The notes beneath the pieces were generated by a model. That model was not told the DNA's origin, made no database searches, and saw nothing but the letters and a program-made list of their open reading frames with translations. From assembly GCA_977018835.1 (NCBI GenBank), contig OZ361258.1, forward strand, positions 4,278,001 to 4,342,000: DNA of 64,000 bases, given 5' to 3'. The translations under genes and the position numbers were made by a program. Shown one piece after another: positions 21,501-33,704 of the stretch (the first letter of the stretch is position 1; the number at the start of each line of letters is the position of its first letter). The DNA comes from Minutocellus sp. GHC0000111. Lineage: Eukaryota.

Positions 21501-21557
21501 TCCTGTAACTACGGTAAATAGATGTTAGTATTGCTAGCCTTGCCTTAGCTATTAACA
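21392..21557 (+). repeat. 3' LTR (166 bp)
   Basis: tgttgatatg...tattaaca followed by TSD ccttg. Confidence 0.95.
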
Positions 21558-21981
21558 CCTTGGTTTCAATCAAGCTTAAAGGTTGCGACGAGAGCCCGAC
21601 CGTCGCGAAGGAGTTGGGGGGAGGAGGTCAGCCGGCTCTGGGAGGATCTTGCATTCAACAGCCCAAAGTGTCGAGGAGTCTTCTTCCGAAATGTCCCCAA
21701 GAGCAGAACCACCGGCCAGCCAGCGGTAGTAACAGCGCGCACCGTGCCCGGCGCCCCCCCCAAGCAATGACAATGTTTTGAATAAAACACTCAAACTGTC
21801 GAGACGTTTTTTGCGCCTTGCTTCCGAACTTTACCCGGGTATTTCGGGGGGATTCCTGGGTAAAGTTTGGCTCGCATGTTTGCTGCGAGAAGACTTCAAG
21901 ATTTTCCCCGCGATGCCAAGCACCAACTGAAAGCGCATCTTGGCTGCGAGCCAAAATAAAAAACAGAAGTCTTTTGACACC

Positions 21982-24342
21982 ATGGCCGCCGCTACTACTG
22001 CTGCTACCGCCGCCACGAACGCCACCGCCGGCCTTCGCCGCACGGCAGTCCCAAGGGCACCACCCGAGTTATCATCGTACAAGACCCGATTCAATGCATA
22101 TCTTCAGCATATCGGTCTTCCCTTTGTCGACGACTTGACGCCCGAAGACGTCGCATCGCCCGGCGACATCGAATCAATTATGTGCTCTTGGGCCGAGTAC
22201 ATGTCGACGAACCCTCCGAGGTACATGAACAACCGGGACAAGCTCCTCAAGGCTGACGGCGTCGGCAACGGCTTCGGCCTCATCAAGGAGTACCTGAAGG
22301 ACCGGTTCGGCCGCCACGTCGACTGGACCGACGAGACCTGGTTCACCCTCTCCAAGGGCGCGCTCGTCAAGAAGCTGGAGAGAGACAGCGTCCGTGGCAC
22401 ATCTGGTGTCGACGAAGTACCCGGCAAGATCGGCATCGTTCGCCTCAACCCCGATGCTGGTGTTATTGAAGGACACGACGGTGTCAGCACCAGTCCATTT
22501 GCCGACGATGTTCCCGACATGGTCACCATCAATCGCAAGCTACTGAAAACCAGCAAGCTCGGCGACAAGCACCAGCGACGCCTTGCTCTCAAATTGACAT
22601 ATGCCGCCGATGGCCGGTCCGGGGAGGTGAAATATCTCAACTACCAGGGCATGACATATGATCCCGTCGGTAATTGTGCTGCTGCTGACTGGAAGGACTT
22701 GAAGAATGGCACGACCAGGCCGACTACCTTCTGTACAGATTATGACCGGTGGGAGACTTGTGTATTTGATGCCCTTGGTGACCACTGGAGCGTCGATGGT
22801 GGCCTCTCTCGTACCTGCAACTCCTCTGGCAATATAGGTTTTCTCCAGGCCTTTGTTGTACCGATGTGCCAGGCTCGAAGCGATTCCTGGACTTCCAAGA
22901 CCCTCACCGAAACCTTGCGAGATGATCTGCCGTATTCAATACGGGACAGCATATCTGGTCGAAGCATGCGATACGGCGGCACTACCCACCTTCACGAAGA
23001 TCCGTCGGTGAATCATCCAGAGCTCACGGCACGATCAGGCCACGCTCCTGCTGATAACACCAGGCACTACGTGCTATCTCGGCGGGCGATGCAACATGTG
23101 CCAATGAGGTCTCTTGCTGGCCATCCCTCTCCTCGGAAGTCCCACCGTCCTCCTCGGCTCATTGCCATCAGCACTTTGCCTGACGACATGGCTCTTTTGG
23201 ATCGGTTTGCAGACAAATTATATCCAATGACAATGCCTGATTTCAAGGCTGGAGGGAGGCTACGGCAGCTGGTACGGGAGGTGCTGGCCACCAACATTAT
23301 GAATTTTTCGACGAAGCTGTCTTTTCTTGGAGTTGCAGGCCCTGCCGTTCGTCGGATGATGAATGTGGGGGACGAGCTCGGCATTGATCTGTCTCAATTG
23401 AAGGGGTGGTCAAGGAAGGTGGCAGATGATTTCAAGGCCATCAATGCACCGTATTCATCCGCTGAGGAGGAGCTTGCTACTGTGGTAGCTGAAAACAATC
23501 GTTTAGTATCAGATTTGCGGAAGGAGATTGCCGATTTGAAGGCTTTGGCAGCAACCAACGCAAGAACAATATGTCACCTTGAGACTCAGCTACAAAAATC
23601 GGATGCAAGGGCGCTAAATGGAACATCGGTGCCATTGATTGCTTCTGGTGGTGTTGATTCGGCGGTTGCTGGTACCAGTAGACCTGCCGGTGGCACCATC
23701 CGACGAAGAGAGCCATCCCCACCGCGATCCCCTGGCCGAAACGTGCGGCAGCGCACCGCTGGAGGTTCTGGCATTATCGGCACCGCAATATCTGCCATTG
23801 CAGTATCGCCGGTTGCCATAGCAAGGAGAATGGTTGGAGGAGCGCCACCGCTACCGACGGCTCTTCGGCCTCCACCGCTACCAACGACGGAGCAGTTGTC
23901 AACTGTCAGCAGCGCTGGGGGCAAAAAGAAGAATAAGTGGCCGCTCATGAGCGAAATAGTAATAGAATTGGCTCGATCTGGAAAGCTGAAGTCAGGGTCG
24001 TCGCATGAATCCATGCCTCCGCCGCTGGCAATACTTCCCAGGGCTTTTGATCGCAATGAAAAGACAAAATATAAGTTGGCAATGCGTGTGGTTGATGCAG
24101 CTGTCACAAAAGATCAGGATGATGTGTTTAGAGCAGCCGAGATCGATGAGGCCGAACTAGTGGCAAAAGGAAAGGCTTTAGATCTTGAAGTCCGTCGGTG
24201 GTTGGCAAGCAAGATGAATAAGAATCTCACCAAAAGCAGGTTGACAGCGCAGGTGCTAGGAGTGGGAGCGAATGCCCAGAAATTACCAGACAATGCATGG
24301 CCGAGGTCCAATGGGGGTCTTTTTGGGATGTTTCGTAAATAA
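21982..24342 (+). mobile_element. Tyrosine recombinase ORF, Crypton-like
   Basis: Catalytic-type motifs in order: DGRSGEV (R), KNG (K), SGRSMRYGG (HxxR with H replaced by R), RSGH (H), RHYV (Y). Uninterrupted and intronless, with a coiled-coil and basic C-terminal part. Confidence 0.8.
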
Positions 24343-24394
24343 GTAATCATTCATTACCAACACATGTAGTAAACATGAAGTTACCGGTAGTCAC

Positions 24395-27300
24395 ACTTGG
24401 GATGATCTGGTCGACCTCGTCAAGTACTACAACGGTACCGACCTGAACGACGACGGCATCGCCGATGACTTTGGTCTGTGCATCTATCCCCGTACCGGGT
24501 CGGGATTTAACGATGCGTGGATTCCGGAGCTCATGTACTCCACCTGGGCCACCACCGACCAAACCAAGGGAATCCAGCAGGGATTCTTCTTCGATGAGGA
24601 AACCTTTGAGCCGCGCATCGGCAATGGCTTCGAGAAGGCCATGAACGTTTGGAAGGATCTGTGGCCCAACAGTGCCGATGGTTGTATCACCAGCAACTTC
24701 GTAGAAGGTCGATGTGCCGTCGGTATAGCACCTCCTGGTTGCTGGAAGGGTCTCTTCGTCAACAGTGAGGAGGGCGGGGTGGCCTGGCGGAATGAGGACG
24801 GATCGGTCGCAAGGGATGAGAACGGAGAGGCGCTCTGGCGTCCGAGGATGAAGGATGGGTCGTATGCCGAACCCTACCGCCTCAAGCCTTTCGGAAGTCT
24901 AGAGGTTGTCGACCGAGAGACCGATGAGTTTCTTGAATGCAAACCCGGAACATGCCCCAAGAGTGAGCGTATCCCGCCTTCCTCCAAACTTTCTACCGAC
25001 GATCGTGCCAAGGTACTGGTCGATTCCCCCCACGCTGGAAAGTTAATCAACCGTGTTCCATTTTCCTGGTAAGTTTGGAGTGTTGCGTGGCTCTTGTCGT
25101 CAAACTCGGGCGCTGTTAGTATTATCAGTGTCTCACAATACTTCGTCTTTCTCCACATGATCTTTATCCTTCCCAGAGTGGAGGCTATGACACCGGAATC
25201 CGCAAGAGCGCCGAGCCCGCCGCCAAGGATTTAATGTGGGACTTCTTCGTCTATGTCAACACGCCCATCACATCTGTCGATGACGTTGTCATGCCATCCT
25301 GGCTGGATTCCTGGCGATACAGTCAGCTCTCCAGCTACGAGCGCAACTTCCAACAGGGTGGGTGGTCCTTCGATGCATGGAAAGAGCATCAAAAGGTCAT
25401 GCTCTGGGCCCTCGGCAATGATGTGAATTCTGCCTTGACATTGCGACTTCCTGGAGTACTGACGTACACCCGAGATGCTATTCTGGATAAGTTTCAGGAT
25501 TATGTGGCCGGTTTAATTTCCATGGGAGATCTCAAGGTCACCGTCACACAGGGTTGGAAAGACGCTACAACTATTCAGGGCAAACTCAACCAAGTGCAAA
25601 TCTACAGAGCTTCCCTTGGCCAGGATCCTTTGTCCGAGTTTGACATGTGTCGCCTCCATCGCGAAGAGATGGACAACGAAGACAACACGGTCTGTGCTAA
25701 GTACGATCCCAAGAGTTCCGATGAGTCCCGGACTATTCTAATTGCCGTTCTCATCCCCGTGCTAGCTATCATCTTCGCTGGTACTATCATTTGGCTCTAC
25801 CTGGAACGGAAGCGTCGCCATGCCGACGCCATTTGGATTTTCGACAAGGAAGAGCTGAAATTTGCCGATCCACCGGAGATTGCAGGCCGTGGTACCTTTG
25901 GCTTAGTCGTGAAAGCAGAATACCGTGGCACTGATGTTGCCGTGAAGCGAGTTATTCCTCCCAAAGATCGCATCAATCGATCTGGTTTGCTCCTTGGAAC
26001 GTTTTTGATAAGAACAACGATAGCGCTGTTGTCTCTTTTGATGAAGAGAAGATGCTTCGCCGTACTTCGAATGATGATCCAAAGGCAACGCGTAGAGCTT
26101 CCGATGAGTCCACGGCTGTTCGCAAGAGCAGTCTCGACCACATCTCCCGCAAAGGTAGCATGGATCACATCTTCAATTCTGAAGAGAATGGCACCAGCGG
26201 TGATCTCGAGGCCGGTTTCAAGATGTTGTCGAAGAAAGGAAGTCTCCAGTCAGTTGTTAGCTCCACTAGCAGCAACGACGAAAAGGGTATGCACTCTGGC
26301 ACAGGTATGAACTCATCGCAAATGGCCTCCTTCAAAAAGTGGTTTGGCTACAAATCCATCAAGGGCAGCGAAGGCAAAATATATGAAAGGCTCAAGAAGG
26401 AGTTTGTGGCCGAGATGAGGACGCTCAGCAAGCTTCGCCATCCTTGCGTCGTTACAGTGATGGGGTCCGTAATTGACACAAAGGAGGAACCCCTGTTAAT
26501 CATGGAATACATGGACAACGGATCGCTTTATGACTTGCTACACAATGCTTCCATTGCCATCGACGGAGAGCTTATCTTTCCCATTTTGTCCGACATCGTT
26601 CGCGGTGCGCGGTTTCTTCACGCTGCCGACCCTGCCGTCATCCATGGCGACCTCAAGGCGGCAAATGTCTTAGTTGACGCTCGCTTCCGGGCAAAGATAT
26701 CGGGCGAGTTCTATTCGACATGTGGAAAATATACCTATGTGCGACGATTTTTTGTTGGATTAAATGAATTGTGCTGACAAAGTTATCCCTTTCACCCTCT
26801 GTATCCCAACAGACTTCGGCCTCTCTGCAAAGAAGTATGTTGGTGCGGCGGGTACGCCATTCTGGATGGCACCCGAGCTTTTGAGCGGAGAATCCACCAA
26901 TACCGCTGCGTCTGACGTTTATTCATTTGACATTATTCTACACGAGCTCTATTCCAGGAAGGACCCATATGAAGGAGAGGATGCGACAAAAGTATTGAAG
27001 GCCATCGTCGACAAGCGCATCAATAAACGCCCTCCTGTCCCGGCAGGATGTCCCCCTAAGGTCGCCGAAATCATGGAAGAGTGCCTCGATGGCAGTCCCG
27101 AGAAACGTCCTACTTTTGAAGAGATCGACCTTCGTATCCAGCGCCTTGACTCCGAGAATGTTGATCCCGGAGAAGTACTTGTCGGCCACCAACTCCAAAA
27201 GAAGAACAAGGAGAGGAATCGTGAAGAGTTGATTCATCAAGTCTTCCCGAAACATGTTGCCAAGGCGCTTTTGGAAGGCCGCAAGGTTGAGGCTGATCGC

Positions 27301-27988
27301 GTCGAGTGCGCAACTTTATTCTTCAGCGACATTGTTGGCTTCACGGACATCTCCCAGAGGATTACCCCTGACCAAGTATCGGATCTGCTTGATCGGTTGT
27401 ATCTCAAGTTTGACGCTCTTTCGGTGAAGCATGATGTGTTCAAGTAAGTGAGCAGATACTCTGAACTTCCAATGTATCATACGGCTATTCCAATGCATTA
27501 TATATTGCCTAACAATTGAATTCTATCCTTTCCATTAAAATTGCAACAGAATCGAAACCATTGGCGACGCCTTTGTTGGAGTGACGAATCTTGTCAAGAA
27601 CCAGGAGGACGACCACGCCAAGCGCATCGCTAATTTTGCTCTCGGTACCCTCAAGGCAGCAGCCGAGACGCCGATTCTTGCTGATGATCCTTCCATGGGG
27701 ACTGTTCAAATTCGAGTAGGTATTCATTCTGGCCCTCTCGTCGCTCGCGTTGTCGGATCTCGTAATCCACGGTACTGTGTCTTTGGCGACTCTGTAAACA
27801 CTACTTCCAGGATGGAGAGCCACAGCAAGCCAAACAAGATTCAGTGTTCTGATCGCGCGGCGTCGATGATACGAACTCAAGCTCCTGAAATGAGATTAAA
27901 GGCCCGTGGGGTAATCCACATCAAGGGCAAAGGCGACATGTCGACATACTTTCTCGAGGGCGCCGACTTGGCGGAGTCTGCTCAATGA
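24395..27988 (+). pseudogene. Receptor-type kinase-guanylate cyclase with an extracellular solute-binding-like domain, 5'-truncated and frameshifted
   Basis: Starts mid-domain (TWDDLV). TM segment, GRGTFG, VAVK, HGDLKAAN, D|FG, WMAPE; cyclase FSDIVGFT, K|IETIGDA, RYCVFGD. Introns 25069-25176, 26704-26812 (GC-AG) and 27444-27549; frameshifts near 25177 and 26002. Confidence 0.85.
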
Positions 27989-28319
27989 GGCTGCGGTACA
28001 ACGCGCTTTACGTTATTTGGTATTGAAAGTGTAAGAGTCAGCCGACTTTCATGTAGGTACTGCGTGTAGATCTGCGTAATGCCATACAAATACAGAAGGA
28101 TTCAATAAATACATGATAAAAGGAAAATTTGTAACGGAACAAAAATTAAGCAGTTTATCCCTAACGCGCGCGTTATCACGATTCAGGTTCGTACGGTAAT
28201 TCATTCTCAGCACCCAGACTTATCCGGCAACTTACTTATGTGGAGTACGAGTATACCGATCAGGGGCACCCGCAAACTGTTGAGTTGTTCGTATTTTTGT
28301 GACAGCTACCAATAGCTGA

Positions 28320-31300
28320 CTAATTGGCCTCTTCTGTCTCTAGCGACTCTGATGCAATCATATCTTCCACTTCACCAGGGGAAGTGTAAGGCGGAACTTC
28401 CTTGCCTTCGCCTGTTTCAGGATCTACTCGGTAGATACGAAAGCCTGGGTCGGGCTGTTCTTCGGCTGACGATTCGGTCATTTCGACCGTTGTCTTCTTC
28501 TTGTTGGAAATGATTTTGTCGTAGACAGAACTCAGGTCCGGCTGTTCAAGCTTTAGAACGGTCTCCGATGTCACGGTTCTCTGTGCAGAGGGCTTAATAT
28601 CCCCAACGTCCATTTGCTTCACTCCAATCGAATCCTCATTGATTGATGACGATTTCATGCGATTTTGGATTCGTGATTTGCGCATCTTCTCCTTCAATTC
28701 TTCATTGGTTGACCCCCAGTCATCCTTTAGAATTGCCTGGTAGCCATCATATGTTTCTTCACTATATTCGTCGGAGGCTTCCTCGGCAGTACTATCGGAA
28801 ATATCTGCCTTTGGCGCTTCGACCTCTTCCTCCTTTGCCTTTTTTTTCTCATTGCTTCCATTCTTTTCCAGCGCAATCATATCTTCCATTTCTCCCGGTG
28901 ACATGAATGGCGGAATCTCCCTGCCTTCACCGGTCTCGGGATCTACCCTGTAGATACGGAAGCCCGGATCAGGTCGTTCATCCGCAGAGGCCTCCGTCAT
29001 CTCAACCGTTTCCGCGGCCTTGGCCTTGTTGGCTTTGATCTTTTCGTATACAGAACCAAGGTCGCTGCTGCCAGATGGAGCGGGCGGAGGCTTGGCTTGC
29101 ACCTCATCGAGATCCATTTGCTTTACTCCAATGGCGTCCTCGTTGATCTCCCCAGATTTCATGCGATTCTGAATACGCGACTTGCGCATTTTCTCTTTGA
29201 GATCCTCATCCGTTGATCCCCAATCATCCTTTAGGATTGCTTGGTAGCCATCGTATGTAGTCTCGTCATAGTCGCTACCAGTCCAAGGCTGCGCCTCATC
29301 CAGCCCGGCAAGCTGGGCCGCAATCTCTTCTTTCGAGGCAAGGTCATTGGAAGCTGTCACCTCTTCCTTCACTTCATCGATTTGTGACCTGTACTGCGAA
29401 AAGAGGGCATCGACAATAGGTTTGCTGTCGCCGCTGCTAGATCCAACAGTGTAGGCATCTGGTACTGGCTCAGCAATGACACCCTTGTTTGGTAACTTTG
29501 CTTTTTCGACATCATCGCCGAGAGTAAAGGCGCCGGCGTCAACCTTGCCCATCATCGCGGCCTTTTCGAAGGCATCCTCTTCGCTCTCGGACATACCAGC
29601 ATCGGCGAAGAGTGATTGTCGGTCTCTGGCCCGTTCCTCTTTGGCTTCGCCGGCACCTGAATAAAATCCCAGCTCGGTTCCCACGGCGGCGGACACACCC
29701 ACGCCTGAGCTTCGGCTATGAACGGGGTGCATCGAGGCTGCATATCGAGCATCGGCGGCAAGCTTGTCGCCTCCACCCTCGACCGTGAAACGATCCCAAG
29801 AGAAGGCACTGATCAAGGCCTCATCTTCCTCACTAAGATTGCCCGCAATAAGATCACCAACGAGCTGACCAGTCTTTGGTGCCAAAAGCACACCATTGCG
29901 CCAATAGCCACCGGCAAGGAATAGATTGTCCCACGGCGTTTTGCCAAGGATGGGTCCCTTGTCCGGCGTCGTCGGTCTCAATCCCGCCCAAGTCTCTTCA
30001 ACGGGAAGATTGGCCAAGCCTGGCACAAGCTGGGCAGCATTCGACATGCAGTGCATCAATCCTGCCGGGGTGACGTTGGGATCGAAGCTGCCTGCCTCCA
30101 CCGTGGCACCGACGACAATGCGTCCATCGGCCTTGGGGACAATGTATGTGTCCTGAGCAAAGAGTACTCGCGACAGAATTGGAGGCGAATCAGACGGCAT
30201 CCGTACGCTGAAGGATTGGCCCTTGTGAGGTACAACAGGTACTGGCAGTAAGTTGCGCATCCAAGAACCGTTGGCCACCAATATCGATTTGGGTGCCAGG
30301 TTCCGTCCATCCGCAAGTCGAACACCTCGGCAGGTTCCTCCTGTGAGTGAGATGAAGGCGATGGACGATATCACCAACATTAGGTATAAAAGACACAAAA
30401 TAGGAATGCAAACATGATTGGTACAATAGCACGCCCTCGCCACAAAGCTGAAATCAACTAATGAATCTTACCCGACAGCTCCAAACTGGTGGCCTCGCAA
30501 TCGCTCCCAACCATGAACTGAACACCGGCGGCAACGCAGGCCGCCCGAAGGCTGCACGTCAACCGCCTGGCATCGACGCTGGCATCTTCCGGGAACCACC
30601 ACCCACCGACCACGTCGCGGTGCAGCTGCGGTTCCAGCTCGCGGACCTGGACGGCATCCAACCACCGGGCCGTGCCGGACTGCGACGGCGGGGCCCACGT
30701 GGCGACGGAATCGCCGGCAAAGGCCGGGGCCAGGAATCCCCCGGCGGCCGTGAAGCCCACCTCCCACGGCTGCAGCTTCTTGCCCTTGATGCTGCCGTCC
30801 TCCTCGGAGTTTTCCGCTTGATCTTTCCACAGATACTTTTCGCCCTCCTTGCCACAATTCTTGGCCCAATCCTCGACCCCCTCGACAAAGTCGGGATACA
30901 TCTCTCGACTCTTGAGGCACAGATCCAACAGTGGGCCGGTGGGCAACCGCTCGCTTTGCGGGGCCAGCATCCCCGCCGCAGCGAAAGAACCGGCGGTCGT
31001 CTTGGACATTTGTTCGATAGGATCCTCCCGTTCCAGTATGGTGACGTGACGGGTCGTCGTGGTGGCGATGTGCAATGCCGCCGAGAGACCGGCCAGACCC
31101 GAGCCGATGACGAGGACATCCTTGGGCAGGGCCGTGGTGCGTTTGGCCGGGGTGGTGGGAGCTGGGGTGGGAGTTGTGTCGGTTTCGGGACTTTGTGCGG
31201 CTGATGTGCCCTGGCTGTCATTTTGCAGCGCCAGCTTGTTCTGGGCGGCGGCCGCGGCTGCCAGGTTCATTCGGGAGGGGTCGGCGTCGTAGTAGATGCC

Positions 31301-31489
31301 CGATCCGGCCGCATCATTGTCGTTACCGGATGCACCTGGACCGCCGACTCCCAGCGACCACCGAGAGTGACGAGCCGACTTTGCGCCGACGGAAGATTCG
31401 ATGGGGGCAAATGCCGAAACGGACCGTGCGGCGATATTTCTACTTCCGAAGAGGGCAAGGACCATCGCCGCCGCTGCAAGGGACTTCAT
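28320..31489 (-). CDS. thiO: Plastid-targeted glycine oxidase (ThiO/DAO family) with a long repeated C-terminal extension
   Basis: VSAFAP presequence, VIGSGLAG, SFAAAGMLAP, KGQ, WAGLRP, RNGVLLAP; intron 30341-30471. Confidence 0.85.
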
Positions 31490-31875
31490 CTTTGACTATT
31501 AATTGGACTGGACTTCACGTGCGTGCGTCACTGTCAAAGTGAATTTTGGTTGGCACTTTGTGTCGACTTGACCCAAAGAAAAAGACCGACGGGAGATAGG
31601 GCTGATTCTTCTCTAAGCTTGCACAATGTGCAGTATCTTTGCTATTCTTTCCCTTCGCCTCTTGCCTTGGCCATTCGCCACCTGCCATGGAAATGAGGAG
31701 ATCGAGGAGGCGAAATGACGAAAAATCGTCTGTCCTTCGCTCTCACGGCCATGCGTAAAAAGACCGGCGGTGTCCAGAAGATACGAAGGGCGAAGGGATC
31801 AACCACCACAAGATCGCCCAGCTCCATGAGTATATTTCCTCTATCCAAGACTCTATCTTCGAATCTTCGCTAGCT

Positions 31876-33098
31876 ATGGCTCTATTGCCTTTACCCATGA
31901 CTCTATCTTCGCTACCTATCCTCCTGATTCTCCTCACTGCGACTAGTAGTACTTCGGTAGCGGCACAAGATGCAGGCGAGCCTTCGGACGCAGTGTTCAA
32001 TATCACAACGTCACGAGATCCCTACATTTATTGGCCGTACTATTCGTCGTCGTGCGATGGCCCGTCTCTCGTTGGTCTGAAAGGATTCGTTACACTCGAG
32101 GAGATTGAAGTGCTCGGCGCCAAGGCCGACTCCTGTGCGGCCGAAATGGCATGCTTCTTCGACGCACAGTCGGGCCTTTGCGCTTCTCTCGAATCCAACG
32201 GCGTCAACGCCCATGTGTACGATGCCGTTCTGGACGATGGCAATCTGTACGAGTGCGACTCGAGCAATCCCCTCACTGACGAGGATGTGTGCGAGATTTA
32301 CGACGCGGATTCCTGCACCCAAAGCTCCATCTACCCCTCCTGCCAGTTCAGCTTTGTGACGATGGATGAGCTCCGTGATGCGGCGCTGTTTGCGAATCCT
32401 GATCCCGTGAACGAATCTGAGCTGTCCAATTATTTTTTATTATGTGGTATGAGGATGATGGATGCACCGAAACGGTAGGACTGGCACCGTTCATTACGGG
32501 TGACAACTACGAACTGCCTCTGTTGGATGGTGTGACGTGCTCAGACGCAATGGCATGCGTGTACAATCCGGACGGAGATACGTGCAAGGGACGAGGTGGT
32601 GATGCAAGCGGAATTGCGACTTTTCAATTCACAACAAGTCCTGATTTCGTGTCTTCCTGCGATGGCACCTTATCCGATATCGAGGGTGGGTCTTGCGTGG
32701 AGGAAACGCCCGATCAGTGCATCCCAAGTGGCGTCTTTACTGGTACTGACTGTTACTTTCGAATTGTACCGGCTGCGTTCCTTGCCCGCAATCCAGGTTA
32801 TCTTGTGGGTGAAATTGAGGCAGGTGATGGACAAGAGGATATGGATACGTCTGGTGCCCTTGGTCACGGGAGCAGCCATCTTTGCGTTTGGGCCATAGCT
32901 ACAATTTTAGTGGCCATTATAGGTGCTTCGTGCAGAGTAAATTCATGTTTTTGCGTTTTCATAAAACTGAATCATGGCATGCACTCGGCACTCGGATCGA
33001 TCACACATCATATCACACAAGCAAGCGACCGCGACCTTTTACAGCACCTTTTACATGCATGTAGTCGTTCCTCGGCAGCAAGTCCAGTACATCTGTAG
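31876..33098 (+). CDS. Secreted/surface Cys-rich protein with two internal repeats; frameshift at the T-run near 32435
   Basis: Signal peptide; repeats Y...C...VGL..F...C...MAC.....C; hydrophobic C-terminal tail. Confidence 0.6.
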
Positions 33099-33224
33099 GA
33101 AGCCGAGTCGACTTGTCGTCGGATTCTGACAGTTCATTCGTTGGGATAGGGGCGGGCCCATTTGTCGTTTGCGCTTACTCTTCGATGCAGCCAGCTTCCG
33201 CCGAACGAGCTCTGAGCTGCAGGA

Positions 33225-33680
33225 ATGACCAAAATGGACGCCCTTGGACTTGAAGGGACCATCGTGGATGATCTCGTCGGAGGCAACAGCCCATTGAACT
33301 TGCTTGGCGACGATGACCTGATCGACCTCGCCCTAGGATCGGACATGGTCGGTGGGAGTGAAGGAGCAGGAGCCGGTCCGGCATCTGCAACAGCGGCAGC
33401 AGCGGCGGGAGAAAACACATCCGAGCCCGTGCCGGCTGATCCCATTAAACGCCCAGAACACGCAGAGCAGAAATCACCAACGACTTCAATTTGCGCACGA
33501 AGTGACATGAAGAAAGACAAAGCCAAACGCAAAACAAAGGATCTTCGATGCCCACGGAAACTTTCGAATACATAACGACCGATCAAATAAACAAACACGA
33601 CGTCCTGTGTGGTCGGGGCGCCGGCATCAAGAACAACCCGGCAACGAAAACTTCCGAATCCTGGTCGTGGCCCGTAATAC
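33225..33680 (+). pseudogene. DUF6824-like gene, 5' fragment
   Basis: INKHDVLCGRGAGIKNNP/GNENFRILV read across two frameshifts, then truncated. Confidence 0.65.
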
Positions 33681-33704
33681 TCACTGGTCTCTGCAAGCGA
33701 TAGG

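Larger units (their letters stand above)
15543..21557 (+). mobile_element. Full-length Ty1/copia LTR retrotransposon (diatom CoDi-like)
   Basis: TG...CA LTR pair, 5-bp TSD CCTTG at 15538-15542 and 21558-21562, intact gag and pol in PR-IN-RT-RH order. Confidence 0.97.
14900..21600 (+). mobile_element. Old Ty1/copia RT remnant hosting two nested insertions
   Basis: Removing 14924-15343 and 15543-21562 restores LKTSGARWH...ADPDIWMK...VYVDD...ELKSLGF.KLKG, a copia RT signature with further degeneration. Confidence 0.8.

Noticed and set aside
15543..24342. A single DIRS-like retroelement combining RT and tyrosine recombinase
   Set aside because: The copia has its own DDE integrase, paired LTRs and a TSD; the recombinase lies outside it.
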